This document shows, in pieces, positions 23,801 to 36,914 of a stretch of DNA of 64,000 bases. Origin of the DNA: Mytilus californianus (taxonomy: Eukaryota); assembly GCF_021869535.1 (NCBI RefSeq), contig NW_026262734.1, positions 66,464,001-66,528,000 of the forward strand, in the 5' to 3' direction. The notes under the pieces are model-generated. The model saw only the letters and a program-made list of their open reading frames with translations. It did not search any database and was not told where the DNA came from. The translations under genes and the position numbers were made by a program. The first letter of the stretch is position 1. Every line of letters starts with the position of its first letter.

Positions 23801-26800
23801 GTTTGATTTAGAAGAAACACCGACATAGCTAGATAATACAATTAATTATCTAATTACTACCACAATTTTATATTAATTAGTATTGTAATTTTCATTGTTA
23901 TTAATAAATGTTATATGAGTATTACAAACCTAATCTTGAATTCTATCCTAATTCTATCCTATTTTGGGGAAATTTTTAGAAATTCAAATGTGACGTCACT
24001 ATGTGCGTTGATCTCTTTGGCTAACTCGGCTGTGAATTTTTATGTGCTGGTTTATGTTGTTTTATGTATCCGTTTTTATTCTGTAGTTAGTCACCACTTC
24101 GGTGTTATCATATATATCTACTATATAGTCATTTTTATAAATTTACTGTTTGCAAAAGTATGAATTATTCTAAATAATAAGGATGTTCTTATCCCAGACA
24201 GAAAACCTTAGCCGTATTAGGCACAACTTTTTGGAACTTTTGGTCCTCAGTGCTCTTCAACTTTGTACTTGTTTTGGCTTTTGAACTTTTTTGATCTGAG
24301 CGTCACTGGTTAGTCTTGTGTGGACGAAACGCGCGTCTTGTGTATTAAATTTTAAACCTGGTACCTTTTGTTAGCAATTATTCGTATGTTTCTCTGTCCT
24401 AAATGTTCTCCCATTTATTTGTATTGTTGACCTGTCACGTAATGTTTTCATTTTAATGTTATATTTAACATTGCCATAAAAGCGGGAGGTTTGGATAGCC
24501 ACAAAACCAGGTTCAACCCACCATTTTTTTCTTAAAATGTCCTGTACCAAGTCAGGAAAATGGCCATTGTAATATTATAGTTCGTTTCTGTGTGTGTTAC
24601 ATTTTAATGTTGTGTTTCTGTTGTGTCGTAGTTCTCTTATATTTGATGTGTTTCCCTAAGTTTTAGTTTGTAACCCGAATTTGTTTTTTTCTCAATCGAT
24701 TTATGAATTTCGAACAGCGGTATACTACTGTTGCCTTTATTTAATCACCCTCTCAGCTAATTGAAAAAGCTATCTTGTTTATCATTGTGAATGTCCTTTT
24801 ATTATTGTCTTTTAAATTAAATTATTTTGATTAAGACAATTTCTTGTTCTTACAGATTTGAAGCCGAGTAGATTCAAGCGGTTATCCATGATTCGTATCT
24901 GTATCGTGATCTTCGGTTCTCATTTATTTTTTTTATTTTTTTTTTTTTATGTTGGTTCTTGTCCACATATGTTGGGTCCATATCACGGATATACCATAAA
25001 ATTTAGAATGGAAATGGGGAATGTGTCAAAGAAACAACAACTCGACCATAGAGCAGACAACAGCCGAAGGCCACTATTTAACATAACAGTATATTCATTT
25101 TAAACAAACGTATGTGCAAATATACGAAAACTAATAGGCAATTATTTCACATATTTACACAATCTAAAATATAAAATTGATGCAATAAATAGGCGGTTTG
25201 TTGAATAAAAGATCAGTTTGATTTTATGCAATCATTCAGAGTTTATGCTCATGATACTAAACAATTTATAGACAATTTTATGTCAGTGTGAGAAAGAATA
25301 TCAACTTTTTTTTCAATGTTTATCAGGCTTAAAACATGGGAAGGGCAAGTTTTACAAAAAAACTTATATTTTTCTGACATAGGTCTAATGTTGTTTTTAC
25401 ACTGCATTTGTGCAGGAAAGTGACCTGACATGAAATCGACATTGCACGAACTATCACATTGTTACTTTATTATGTAAATAAAGACAACATGAAGTGTTCT
25501 AGCTGCAGTATCAAATGATATATATATTATCCACTTGTACATTTTCATGAACATAAATGACTTCGAATAATTGGGCAATGTAAACCTTTTTTTCATTAAT
25601 ATGATGTAACACTCAATTTGAATACTTTTTCGGGATTTAAAATAAACTCGAGATACGAGGATAACAATTTTGTACGCCATACGTGCGTTTCGTCTACAAA
25701 AGACTCATCATTGACGCTTGAATCAGTTAAGTTCAATAAGGCCAAATAAAAATACGAAGTTGGAGAGCATTGAGGACCCAAAATCCGTAAGATGTTGGCA
25801 AATAAGTTTTTTTTTAATGCAGGGGGATGATAGTTAGCTACAAACAGATATAAATATGCGCAAGACAAATCCGTCGTACGGAGCTATTGACATATATGCA
25901 TAAATGAATCATACAGTTCATCATTATACTAAAGCAGTGGCGTATTACTTAATATTTCTTCAGGGTCGATGATGCACGACCAGACATATTTAAGTTTTGG
26001 TGTTTTCCAGTCTTTTACACTCTCGGATCATCAAATTTTACATTGCATTATAAAGGTGAGTTAACATGTAGAGCTAATAATAAAACAATAACGCAACATC
26101 TCACTTAATTTCTAATTAAATTTTTATTGATCACGTTGGTATAAATGTTTTTTAATCAAAAGCATCATCTTCTATGAAATTGGCAAATCTTTAAAAATAT
26201 AATGATTTGCTTAAAGAGAGAATGTTTTCAAACACAAATAAAAAAATCCTGCCCCCTTCTCTAAGTTCTTGAAGTAAATGAATATTGTATATTTATCTAA
26301 CTCCATTGCTCTTACTACAATTTATGAACAAACCAATGTTTTGAACTTTGATTTTCGAAACTCTTGTGAATCAATGAAGCTTGAAAATTCATGATACAGA
26401 TTAACTTTTTCTTTTAAGCATATATGCCTTAAATTTCCAATCGCAAACAAAACATTAATGGCATTCTTATACAAGAACAGACCAATGACGCCTACGCAGT
26501 TACCTGAAATCTATGCAACCATTATCCATGTTCTTAACCTTAGTTGTATTGACTTTGAATGAAGAAATGTCCTTTCAATAATGTATTATACGTACATATC
26601 TATACATTATGACCATTCTTTTTCGAATATTGTTCTATGTTCAACTTTCACATTTGTTCGTGTTAACAACTTTAAGATGGGTTCACATATAATCTAACAT
26701 CAAAGTGATTTTCCAATAGGTCCTGACTATCACTTTTAGTAATTGAAGTGCGTCTAAAATTACAATAAGACCTCTATAAACAAACAGCCAGTAGTTGAAA

Positions 26801-29800
26801 CAAGGATTCCGATCTATGTATAACCGTTTAGGCGTCTGAACATAAAATGGTAAAGTTTTGATCAGATTAATTATTGAAAGTTGTTTTTCGGACATTTGAC
26901 CTAGGTTTCTTTTTTAAGGTTAAAACTATTCGGTGGAAGAAAATTCAGATTTTTGCAATAATTATACAGGGTTTTGTTGAAAAATAAATGTAAAGCGTTC
27001 TATGGAAATAAAATGAACACAAAACTAAATACGAGTAGTTAATTTTGCTTCAAATTTTCCTCCGCCCTCGGTAAAACGGGCCCTTAAGGAGAACATCTCA
27101 AACAGTTTACAGTTCACTTTCTCGAATCATACGATCTCTCTTCATTTCTAATTCATACAATTCCCTCAGCTTTTTTTATCTTGATTTTAAATATTCTAAA
27201 TGGATGGACAAGATGTGAACATTTATAAACTGCTGTAGACTTAATTAGGAATAGTTCTATCTTCGAGTATTCACATTCTTTTTTTATCGTTTGTAAATAT
27301 TGTCAAAAGTTCTTTCTCGAGGCAATTTGTATTATAGTACAGATCCGATGTCCACGCTTTGCTAACAAGGATCTGACAACACTTGATTATACTTTCTGTT
27401 TCTGTTAATTATTGCATCAGCCAATAACATTTCTGGTCCCAAATTTGTGAAGGTCAAATCATTACGACAAAACCAATGGATCCTAAATGATCTTTAACAG
27501 AAAGTAAAATGGTTTGTTTTTAGATCCTTGTAAGCAACCAGTGGACACAGGATGTGTCTGTCAATCTGATCGTCAAAAGGGCGTCTTGAGTTGATCAGTC
27601 GACCTCTATAGTGATACCGTAGACCAATTAAAAGAGCATAAAAAACTGAAATGGAAGTTAACATAGGAAATATAATTTTGCTGAACGGACACAAAAGCGG
27701 CTGTCATAGAACAGAAAGTCGTCATGAAAAGATAAACCACACGACAGCTAGAGAAAAATATAGTAAACTTGAAAGGAATTTGATGTTCCCTTTAAGCGAA
27801 CTTTATAGAATGTTATGTTTGTAACCATCGGCAGGGTTAAGTAAATATTCTTAGTAACAGCTATATAATATAACATTTATTGATATATTTTGTTTGATAC
27901 AACTGTGAGAATCTTTATGAATTTCATTTATTTTTAGATCAAAGATTTGTATCCGACAAAAGCGTGGAAAGGGTTACTTTGAAACAAACAACAGCCTTAA
28001 ATGAATCTCAGTTTTGCGATATCTGTGGACCAAGAATGTTCGATGATCCTTTCACACTCTTAGCATTAGGTAACACTATTTATTTAAGATTATCTTCGTC
28101 TAGTAAACTGCTATATTTGCCTATAGATAAATTCATTTAATATTCATTATGAAAGGTTTTACAATTAATAAACCATGTTTATAAGACGTGAACATATGCA
28201 ATATTTGTCCTCTTGTGGCTAATAAATGTTCACATAGGCTACAATATAGAAAATTCTTAAAGCCAATGCGTTGTATACCATGATACCTTTATACATACCA
28301 TGTGTGTGGATGTATACTAATATAATATTCAATATAGGAAAAAGTCGAGCGTCATATGATCACATACCTTTGTTTCATCTTTAGTATATAAATTACATGT
28401 ATCATTTTCATTTCTTCATTTGAATCATGTTTCGTAAATAGAAAAGTCCTTTTTTCGAATATTTTACGGATGGAATCATGACTTTGCTGATTTTGACCAA
28501 TTACCTCGATGACAGATGAACACACAAAGGTTACAATTTTTGGAGCTTATGTTTTTACTTCGTTTATGCCTGATAGCCAGTTGTAACCATCCTTCGAATT
28601 TACTCTTTACTTTTTGAAAAGGACTACTTTTCATTCCGGAGCAACTGCGGTCATTAATTTTTGGAGCTAAGTTCGTGTTTTGTTCGGTTGAGTTTTGTAT
28701 TACGTGAATTTTCTTGATTTTTCTTCCGGTAAGGCTTACTCGTTCTCCTGAAAATTTACCAGTTCACCAAGATTGGGTCTCATGCTTAAAAAGAAAGACA
28801 TCGACAAAATTATTCTATTTCATCGTATAGGCACGATTAATTATGGGATTTGCATAATCTTCTAGAACATCAGAGTTTAAGTATAATTGATGCGTTTATT
28901 GTGTGCAAATTTGCTATCTTTATGTGTTTAAAAAAGTTTAAAACACTAGAATTGTTCTCACTACAAACCAGTAAAAGTCTGAAATGGCCTATATCTGTAC
29001 TCGACTGTACTGATTTTTACTCGACCAGTCTGAATTGGTCTGAATTTTACTCGACATTACTCGACCCCAGTCTTAACCATACTCGACCGTACTGATTTGC
29101 CATTGAAAATAGTCTGAACTATTACTCGACCAGTCTGAAACAGTCTTAACCAATTCTCGACCTGTACTCGACCATTTTTTTCAGTCTAAACCATACTCGA
29201 CTAAAGGTCTGAACAATACTCGACCAGTCTGAACCATACTTGACCAAAAAACCTATACTTTTTTTAATTTTAGCTGTTAAAATTAATCTCTTTTTTTCTG
29301 ACATGACAACAGCCACAATAAAATTAAGATATATATAAAAACATATGTTTACATCCTTACATCATGTACATGATTCTCAGAATTATCAAATAGAGATAGT
29401 TAAATTTAATTATATTAATTTTAAAGTTTTAGAGTTTTGTTAAAAAAAAGAGTTTCTTTTAACTAAAAACCACACCTTTACTGAGGGCAATAAAACCTTA
29501 TTAAGGTGCTTCTTGTTTGGCATGTTTTTTTTTTGTTTTTTTTAAACTTCATTTTCCTAAATTCCTAAGGAAAAACTATATAGGTTTCATAGTTACATAC
29601 AATAGTTATATAATTATCTTTTTAATGAGGTAACAACAGCCAAAAAATCACTGAAATTGTTCAACCTTATATTAGAAATATATCTATTCTTACTATAATT
29701 TGGGATACATTATATATAATATATATAAAAAATGGATTTAAAAAAATTAAAGAAATAGATAAAATTTTTCTTCTGATTAGTGGTAAAGTATAAAGTAATA

Positions 29801-32800
29801 CCTCCTGCTTGGGGCAAACTCATTAAAAAGATCACACCTGGTCAGAGAGTATTAATTTCTAATTAACATTCATTAAAAATTGCCATATCCTGTAAAACTT
29901 AAATCGCAAGGCCTTTTGATTTCACTAGATAAGTAATACACGAGTTTAAGAAAAAAGGACTTTCTTTTAACCTGTAAATAAAGGCAACAGTAGTATACCG
30001 CTGTTCGAAACTCATAAATCGATAGAGATAAAAACAAATCCGGGTTACAAACGGGTTGTAAAACACACATGTACTGAGGTAAATAAACCTTATTAAAGTG
30101 CTTCTTATGCCATGTCTTTAACTTTGACAAAAGTTATTTAAATATAATTTAAATAAATTTTTTCTGCAACTTTGGAACACATTTCCTTTTTTAAATGGTT
30201 ATCAAGGATTGCTATGGAAGTTCTATTATCATGATTATATTCGATTCTTGGTTTTACAAAATAAGGTGTTATTTTTAAAATTTATTAAGTTGCTTTATAT
30301 ACCATGTATAATATTTTAAATATATTTTAATAAAAGAAATGTTCACTGCATTATTAACTAAACTCAACTGACACCTTTAATCTATACAAGGCTTGAGTAA
30401 TTGGTGAAAATTGTCCAGTAACCATAAAATATATCTGAAACATTCAAAAAATTTGAATAACATTGAAAATATTAGTCACAATTCAGTTTTGAGATTATTT
30501 GTTCAGCTTGTTTTATTTTTATTTCAAAGGTGATATATAGATATGTAAGTGTTGATAAATATGGTGTTGAATTTATATTATGTTTATTGTGAAATTTTGG
30601 TTTCAATGCCATATTGAATACATTTTAAATTTCAAATTGTTGTTCAAATTTCTAGCCAGGGGAAATAGCTGTTAAAAACAGTTCCTAAATTGATGAAATA
30701 CAATAGATAGATACAAAAATGAAGTCTAGCTTGGTTAAGACTTAGTCGAGTATGGTTCAGACTTGGTCGAGTATGGTTCAGACTAGGTCGAGTATGGTTC
30801 AGACTAGGTCGAGCATGGTTCAGACTAGGTCGAGCATGGTTCAGACGAAAATAAAATGGTTAAGTACTGGTCGAGTAAAGGTCGAGTACAAGTTCAGACT
30901 GTTAAGTATGGTTCAGACTACAGTCGAGTATTATCAAGTAAATTTCAGACCAATTCAGACTGGTCGAGTAAAAATCAGTACAGTCGAGTACAAATATAGG
31001 CCATTTCAGACTTTTACTGGTTTGTAGTGTCTATACCAGACATGGATATCCTAAGTCGTATTATGACTATGGTTTATAATGGTTCTTACAGTAACTTTGT
31101 TATCAATTAACCTTTTTTTATTTTTAAGTCGACTAATGATAATCATTACCACCTGCTTATCTTGTTGCTTTTTAAAGCCGTTTACTTCTTTTACAGAACA
31201 GTCATGTAAGTACAGTAAACAAGAAACATTATTTCATTTTTAGAAACAAATTCACATTATATACTTTTGCACCTTTTATATCATTTCTTCATCCAAATGA
31301 TATTTGAATTTTTCGTTGGCCTGACATAGACATTACCATATCAGCACAATGCAGAACAAAGGTATATCCGTAACTCCTTTTGAATCCGTACTCAGAATTT
31401 AGTGAAACGTACTCATAACCTTTATCGTATAATGTTATTGTGCACGTCTCGTTTTGTTTTTTGTTCCGAATTATTTGTTTTGGTTTCCCGTAGCAAATCA
31501 CGCTCTTTACAATTGCTCTTGTGAGGATTCACTGACACTCAGAATCTTAACATTATGAACTGCCATTATTTCCCCTTGGCAAATCATGAATGTTCCATTG
31601 CTTTTATGGAGTTACTATTTTTTTTAATCTCCGAATCATCTTGAAACCCTTTTTGAATTTATTGATTTTTTTCAGAATATTGCAATATAACTTCATTGAG
31701 CACTTCCTACTGTTTTAATCCTGATTATTATTTGGGTCCCGTACTTAATTATGTATTGCATTACTTTGAAGCCTGGTATTATTTTTTGAGTAGCTGTAAT
31801 TTTAGTTTATCTGATGTTTTTAAAGGGTAGAACAATATTTTGCGTTTATGATAGGTGTTTGTTGCATTTTATTTGTTAGTGTTTTCGATTTGGGTTTTAT
31901 TTTGCTTAAGTTATTTTATTGTCAATTATCTTTGAGTGATATATATATGATTTGAAGTATTTTGAACCATTTAAGGGTTCAGACTATCTTTTCAACTGCT
32001 AGTGGTTTTTTGCGTTATTCTGTTTTCTTTGATTTAAAAGGAAAAGGTCATTGGTTTGAAACTTCAGTCCTTCGAAATGGACCGTAAGACGAATCATCTG
32101 AAAATACTGTGTACATTCTTGCCAAGCTAGCTAAAACTGCATACTATAAGCTTTGATTTATAGAACTGCACGGAAAAAAAACTGTTAAACTGAGAATAAT
32201 ATTGTCATCATTGTTGTCAAATGACAAAATCTTTTCAACCCATTATATGATCAAAGATTGTCTATATTCGAGTTATATCATTGACACACGAGAATATGCT
32301 CTATTTTAAAATTGTCATTACACAACATAATCAAATTATAAATTGTAATCCATGCTGCAACGTTTTCTAAAAACGCGACAAAGGTTATAAGAAATTCTCA
32401 TTTTTACTTGCCTAAAGTGGAAACACAACATGTCAGGATAACTTGTTCCTTTTTTCTATAAGACGCTAGTGATAAAATATCAATGATAGAACTTTTGTGG
32501 AATACAAATCTCATTAATAATTAATGATTGAGAATTTTTTGGTGCAAACGACACGTTCAGCCCTCTTGGCTATTTCGTTGGGGCCAGTTTTTATTCGTGG
32601 AGGAAGTCGGAATGCCCGGAGAGAACAACCGTCCTTCGGATTGAAGACTTGCTATCTGAATCAATTAAGATTAGAGTCGAACGCACCTGCCACGTGAAAT
32701 TTCCATGTATACAAAGAAAACTGTATAGCAATGTTCGTTAATCCTGAGTTTTAACCAAATTATAAGACTTAGTATAGAATATAATAGTAAGATATCATAC

Positions 32801-33398
32801 TTATAAAAAAGATGTGATATGATTGCCAATGAGACAACTCTTCACAGGAGACCAAATGACACAGAAATTAACAACTATAGGTCACTGTTCGGCCTTCAAC
32901 AATGAGCAAATCCCATACCGCATTGTCATCTATAAAAGGCCCCTACTACAGCTTAAAAAAACTTTCTGTTACAGCCAAAAATATATCCGTTTCGAACTAA
33001 TTACTAGTATGGTTTTTTATTATATGTTTGATGTCTTAAAAACAATTTCAGCTCCATCGCCAAATGTAGTACCTCCCGCTGTTTGTGAAGTTCCATTTAA
33101 CTGTCCATCAGAAAATACCATAGCCTGTCCCCAGGAAGGGAGTATTCCAAAAGAATGTACTGGCACGGATACGACCACTACAGACAAAATAACCACGACT
33201 ACTCTAGCACAATCAACAACGATCACTTCAGATACTCCAACCACGACTACTCTATCACATTCAACAACGACCACTTCACATACTCTAACCACGACTTCTC
33301 TAACACAATCTACCACGACCACTGCAGACAATCCTACTACCACTCGAGCTAAGAAACCATGTGGTTTGAACGGTCGTTTGCACAGACATGGCCAATAA
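20807..33398 (+). CDS. Uncharacterised secreted Cys-rich protein with Thr-rich mucin-like tail (~267 aa, 5 exons)
   Basis: Exons 20807-20849, 22535-22724, 25964-26055, 27938-28069 and 33052-33398 all have GT-AG boundaries, phases 1-2-1-1, and no stops. Product: MMFYLTFFFFVAAAS|QTEFPCTFPCDWINK...FLVVR|VDDARPDIFKFWCFP...HYKD|QRFVSD...FCDICGP...LALA|PSPNVVPPAVCEVPFNC...TTTT...KKPCGLNGRLHRHGQ*. Exon 1 is the least certain. Confidence 0.75.
23110..23230 (+). mobile_element. Penelope-like RT remnant
   Basis: Translates ETKLYEKYDDF...LVKQGF, resembling the KLYDKRDDF...LLKQG region of the 15873 element family. Confidence 0.45.
23960..24745. repeat. Composite dispersed repeat in intron 2 of the secreted-protein gene
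   Basis: Its end cgaacagcggtatactactgttgcctttattta recurs inverted at about 29975-30058. The internal gacgaaacgcgcgtc motif recurs inverted at about 25675-25695 and 55285-55300. Confidence 0.6.
28959..31029. mobile_element. Non-autonomous CACTA/EnSpm-type element (2071 bp) with long TIRs
   Basis: Termini CACTACAAACCAGTAAAAGTCTGAAATGGCCTATAT at both ends; about 100 bp of near-perfect TIR; 3-bp TSD TCT (28956-28958 and 31030-31032); subterminal TACTCGAC/AGTCTGAACCA repeats; AT-rich non-coding interior. Confidence 0.88.
30745..30846. repeat. 21-bp subterminal tandem repeat x5 within the CACTA element
   Basis: gtcgag(t/c)atggttcagact(a/t)g at 30745, 30766, 30787, 30808 and 30829. Confidence 0.9.
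32560..32700 (-). mobile_element. Degenerate partial copy of the 38887-39133 SINE
   Basis: ggctatttcgt.g.ggccagtttttatt..tgga..tgcccggaga.aac.accg.ccttcg..aatcaattaagatt.gagtcga matches 38933-39040. Confidence 0.7.
33052..33398 (+). CDS. Terminal exon of the secreted protein: 4 Cys then a Thr/Ser-rich stalk
   Basis: Acceptor tttcag at 33046-33051; C-terminal part of ORF 32823..33398, whose N-terminal part is repeat A plus intron. Confidence 0.8.
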
Positions 33399-36300
33399 AA
33401 GCAGTACATTAAGACGAATGTATTAGCATTGAATATGAATAAAACAAAAACATCCTGAAAGGAATAATTTATTTGTTTTACATTGAATTGCAGTCAATCA
33501 GAATTAAGTTAACCTAGATAAAACTTTAAAGATGTCGTCTGTTTTTTCACCTTTATATCCGAATGATCAGTGTTTGTTGTAGGCTGGTTCTCTCCCTTGC
33601 AACATACGGGTATCTGATCACCCTTGTTGTCAGAGCAAAACAGGTGAAGGACAGGGAACCAGTCTGTGGCTGTTGTTGTCAAATGTAAATTCGGATTTTA
33701 AGCATTCTACGTTGACAAATTAAAAATGAGAAAAAACGTTTCAAGCTCCCTCAGTCAAAGTTGAACTTAAACTTAGATGGATTTCCCCATTATTCCTAGG
33801 TACCTTTCGGTCATAGCACTCCTCGTGTATTGAAATATTCATACATCATTGGCTTTCACATTTGTGGGTTTGAGCATTCCTAATGAAAAGCACAAAATTA
33901 TAAATTGTTTATTTCATTTTTTAAGCAAGTACATATAAATTAATTAAGCACGATTCTCCAATAAAAAGGTTCTAAGAAATCAGAGAAAATAATTTGTATC
34001 AGAGTGCATGGAGTTTGAAAATATTTTATTACTAGTCTTTCTGTTTTAAAATGCTTTCAAAGTCAATCAAATATTAAGTGTAGACAAAGAGAAAACGTAA
34101 TGACTGGTTAATGTGGTTACGATCTGATTACCCTTCCGGAGCACCTGAGATCACCCCCGGTTTTTGGTGGGGTTCTTGTTGCTCAGTCATTAGTTTTCTA
34201 TGTTGTGTTTTGTATACTGTAGTTTGTCTTTTGATCCTTTTCTTTTTTTTGTTTGTCATGGCATTGTCAGTTTATTTTCGACTTATGAGTTTGAATGTCC
34301 CTCTGGTATCTTTCGCCTCTCTTTTGCTATTCCTGAATTTTCCAAAATGGCAAAAGGTAACAAACATTTCGTATTACGCTGGCATTTTTGAAGAGCCCTG
34401 ACGTGTTAATTGAAAAACGAAAATTCATCATACAGATAGCGATACATGTATACGATAATCACACAAGCATAACCAACACTTTACAAAACAACTTATTAAA
34501 GTAAAAAGGAGTAATAAGAACTCCTGGATGATTAACATGAACTGGTTGTTCATGTTGCCGTAAAGATGAACCGTAATTAATAGAAGTTGAACGACAGACT
34601 ATACTACACTTTAGACACAAATCATATGTGATTAACAACACATCTTTCATTTCCATGGCCTGTGCAGTTTTTTAACTGTGTTCTTTCTTTTTACGGCACT
34701 TGGTCTTGACAGGAAAGGAGTGGTTGGTGCGCACTAAAAACTGTTTTTTTTAATCCCATCAAATATTGTGGTTATTTCAAGTATGGGAATTTTTACAATG
34801 TTATGTATCACAAAGTTCATTTGAATATTGGGCAGATACCGACCTTGTAAATCAATTGGCATTTTGATACATTGTTTTTTGTTCATTGTTTTGTCATAAA
34901 TCAGGCCGTTAGTTTTCTTGTTTGAATTGTTTTACATTTTTAATGCGGTATGGGTTTTGCTCATTGTTGAAGGCCGTATAGTGACCTATATGTGGTAACT
35001 TCTATGTCATGGTCTCCGGTGGAGAGTTGTTTCATTGTCAATCATACCACGTCTTATTTTCATATTGATTGAGACACTGAACAAGCCTGGTAATTAAATG
35101 TTTTACTAAGTATGGCACTATCCATTCTTTTATGGATAATTCTACTACTCATGATGTCAATAATGATCGAAATAAAATTTGGAAAAAATATGTACAATTG
35201 ATGAATACCTTAATATGCTTATAGAGACTTCGATTGCCTCTTACGTATTTCCGAATACTTTGATATTTGTCCTCAATCGGTTAGTTTGCGAAGTCATTTC
35301 AACCTTATAACCGTCCTGATTTATTTTATCGTTTCATTCAAAGGTTTTTTTATCTACTTAACTAAACTAAAAAAATAAAGGTATTTTGTTTTGAATTGTT
35401 CACATAACTTACAAGTTAGAGAAATATATTGTATAACATTTGACAAATGACTACGGAAATTTTACGTTTATTTAATAAAATTATTATCAAATGATCGATG
35501 TTGGGATCCAATTGCATTTTTCCTGTACATTTACAAAAACGCATTAGTGTTTGAATTTACACCATAACTGGTATGTCATACTCATTGGTACATACAAAGA
35601 GCAATTCGAGATCATGATGGCATAGACTCGAATGTAGGCGACAACAATTTTGAAAAAGCTGTCTAAACTCTCATTGTTAGCTGGCTAGAATTTAATGAGT
35701 TGATCATTGAACAATGATAATGAAAAAAATGAAAAAAAGACTCGCGATAGTTTTCCGACTGTTTAAAAATCATTATTAATTTAATTAAATTAAAACATTG
35801 CGTTTGGTCCACATAGACCTTTTGCAGTTAATTGAATGTTGTGGGCAGTAAAACCAAAATACTGGAAAATCAGATGTGAATGTAAAGTGTACGTTATTGG
35901 AATGCAACTTGATGCAGTTATTTTAACTTAGGATGTAGTTTGTGTTAGTATTGTATATTGGTACAGCAACCCAATTTATTCATTTCTGGAGAAGAGGAAT
36001 TGCGCATCGTTTCGTTTTCAATGTTATGTTTGGTGGATTGAATTTTATATTGATTTCCAATTCCCAAGGCCGGGCCATGGTTTTCTTTATCTCGTAGTTT
36101 TTCATTGTCCCTTTTGTATCTTGTCACGTTATCTGCTCACCTTTCCGGAGCACCTGAGATTACCTTTGGTTTTGATGAGGTCTGTATTGCTCAGTCTATA
36201 GTTTTCTATGTTGTGTTTTGTAGACTGTTGTTGTATTTTGGTCGTTTTACGACATGGCGTTGTCAGTTTGTCTTTGACTGATTAATTTGAATATAAGTCA

Positions 36301-36518
36301 GCTGACTATAATATATGGCTTTTAGTTCTCTTTATTGAAGGGTGTACGGTGATCTAAAACTGCATACAGCCACATCATAGGAACTCTGGTGGATATTTAT
36401 ATCATTGGCCATTGTTCTGATACTATATGGATTTTCATCTTTAGTTATCATTTGTCGATGAAAGTAGTATTTAATGCTGCCTATTATCATTTATTAAATT
36501 CTTATTTAAACACCTTAA

Positions 36519-36914
36519 AAATGTACTTGGGTGAGGTTTAGGAATTTGTGTTAGATGTTCGAACTCCTTGGTTTTTTTCCTACGATACAGGGTAAAATAT
36601 TTTGCCCCATAACACCCATTTTTCTTTTCATATAAGACTTCAATAGCTCATAAAAGGTCATTTACCAAAATTTAAGCAGATTCTAGATTTCTTTTCTTTC
36701 GATTTGAGGCCCAAATAATACCAAATTGAATGCAAATACAATGTAAAAGTCCGAATCAGCCTTTTCCTGCCATTTTTTAAAACTCAAATATCTCGAAAAG
36801 GAGCTCCATAACTTATCAATATTTTTAGCTTATTTTGTTCCTTAACAAATGCTCTTCCGACTTATAGTATTAATTTTAGATTCTAGATTTTTTTAATTTC
36901 ACCTGAGTACATCC
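36519..36914. mobile_element. Kolobok-type MITE (396 bp)
   Basis: TTAA at 36515-36518 and 36915-36918; ends AAATGTACTTGGGTGA and (revcomp) GGATGTACTCAGGTGA. Confidence 0.7.

Noticed and set aside
24850-24930. Possible extra exon of the secreted-protein gene after ttcttacag; also donor-like gtaagt at about 21081 and 21233
   Set aside because: The required phase gives TAG after four codons, and the five-exon model is complete without these.
30752-31027. ORF with MVQTRSS repeats
   Set aside because: An artefact of the 21-bp subterminal repeat of the CACTA element.
33020-33409. Val-rich 129-aa minus-strand ORF, and alternate-frame ORF 33155..33352
   Set aside because: Mirror and alternate frames of the Thr-repeat exon.
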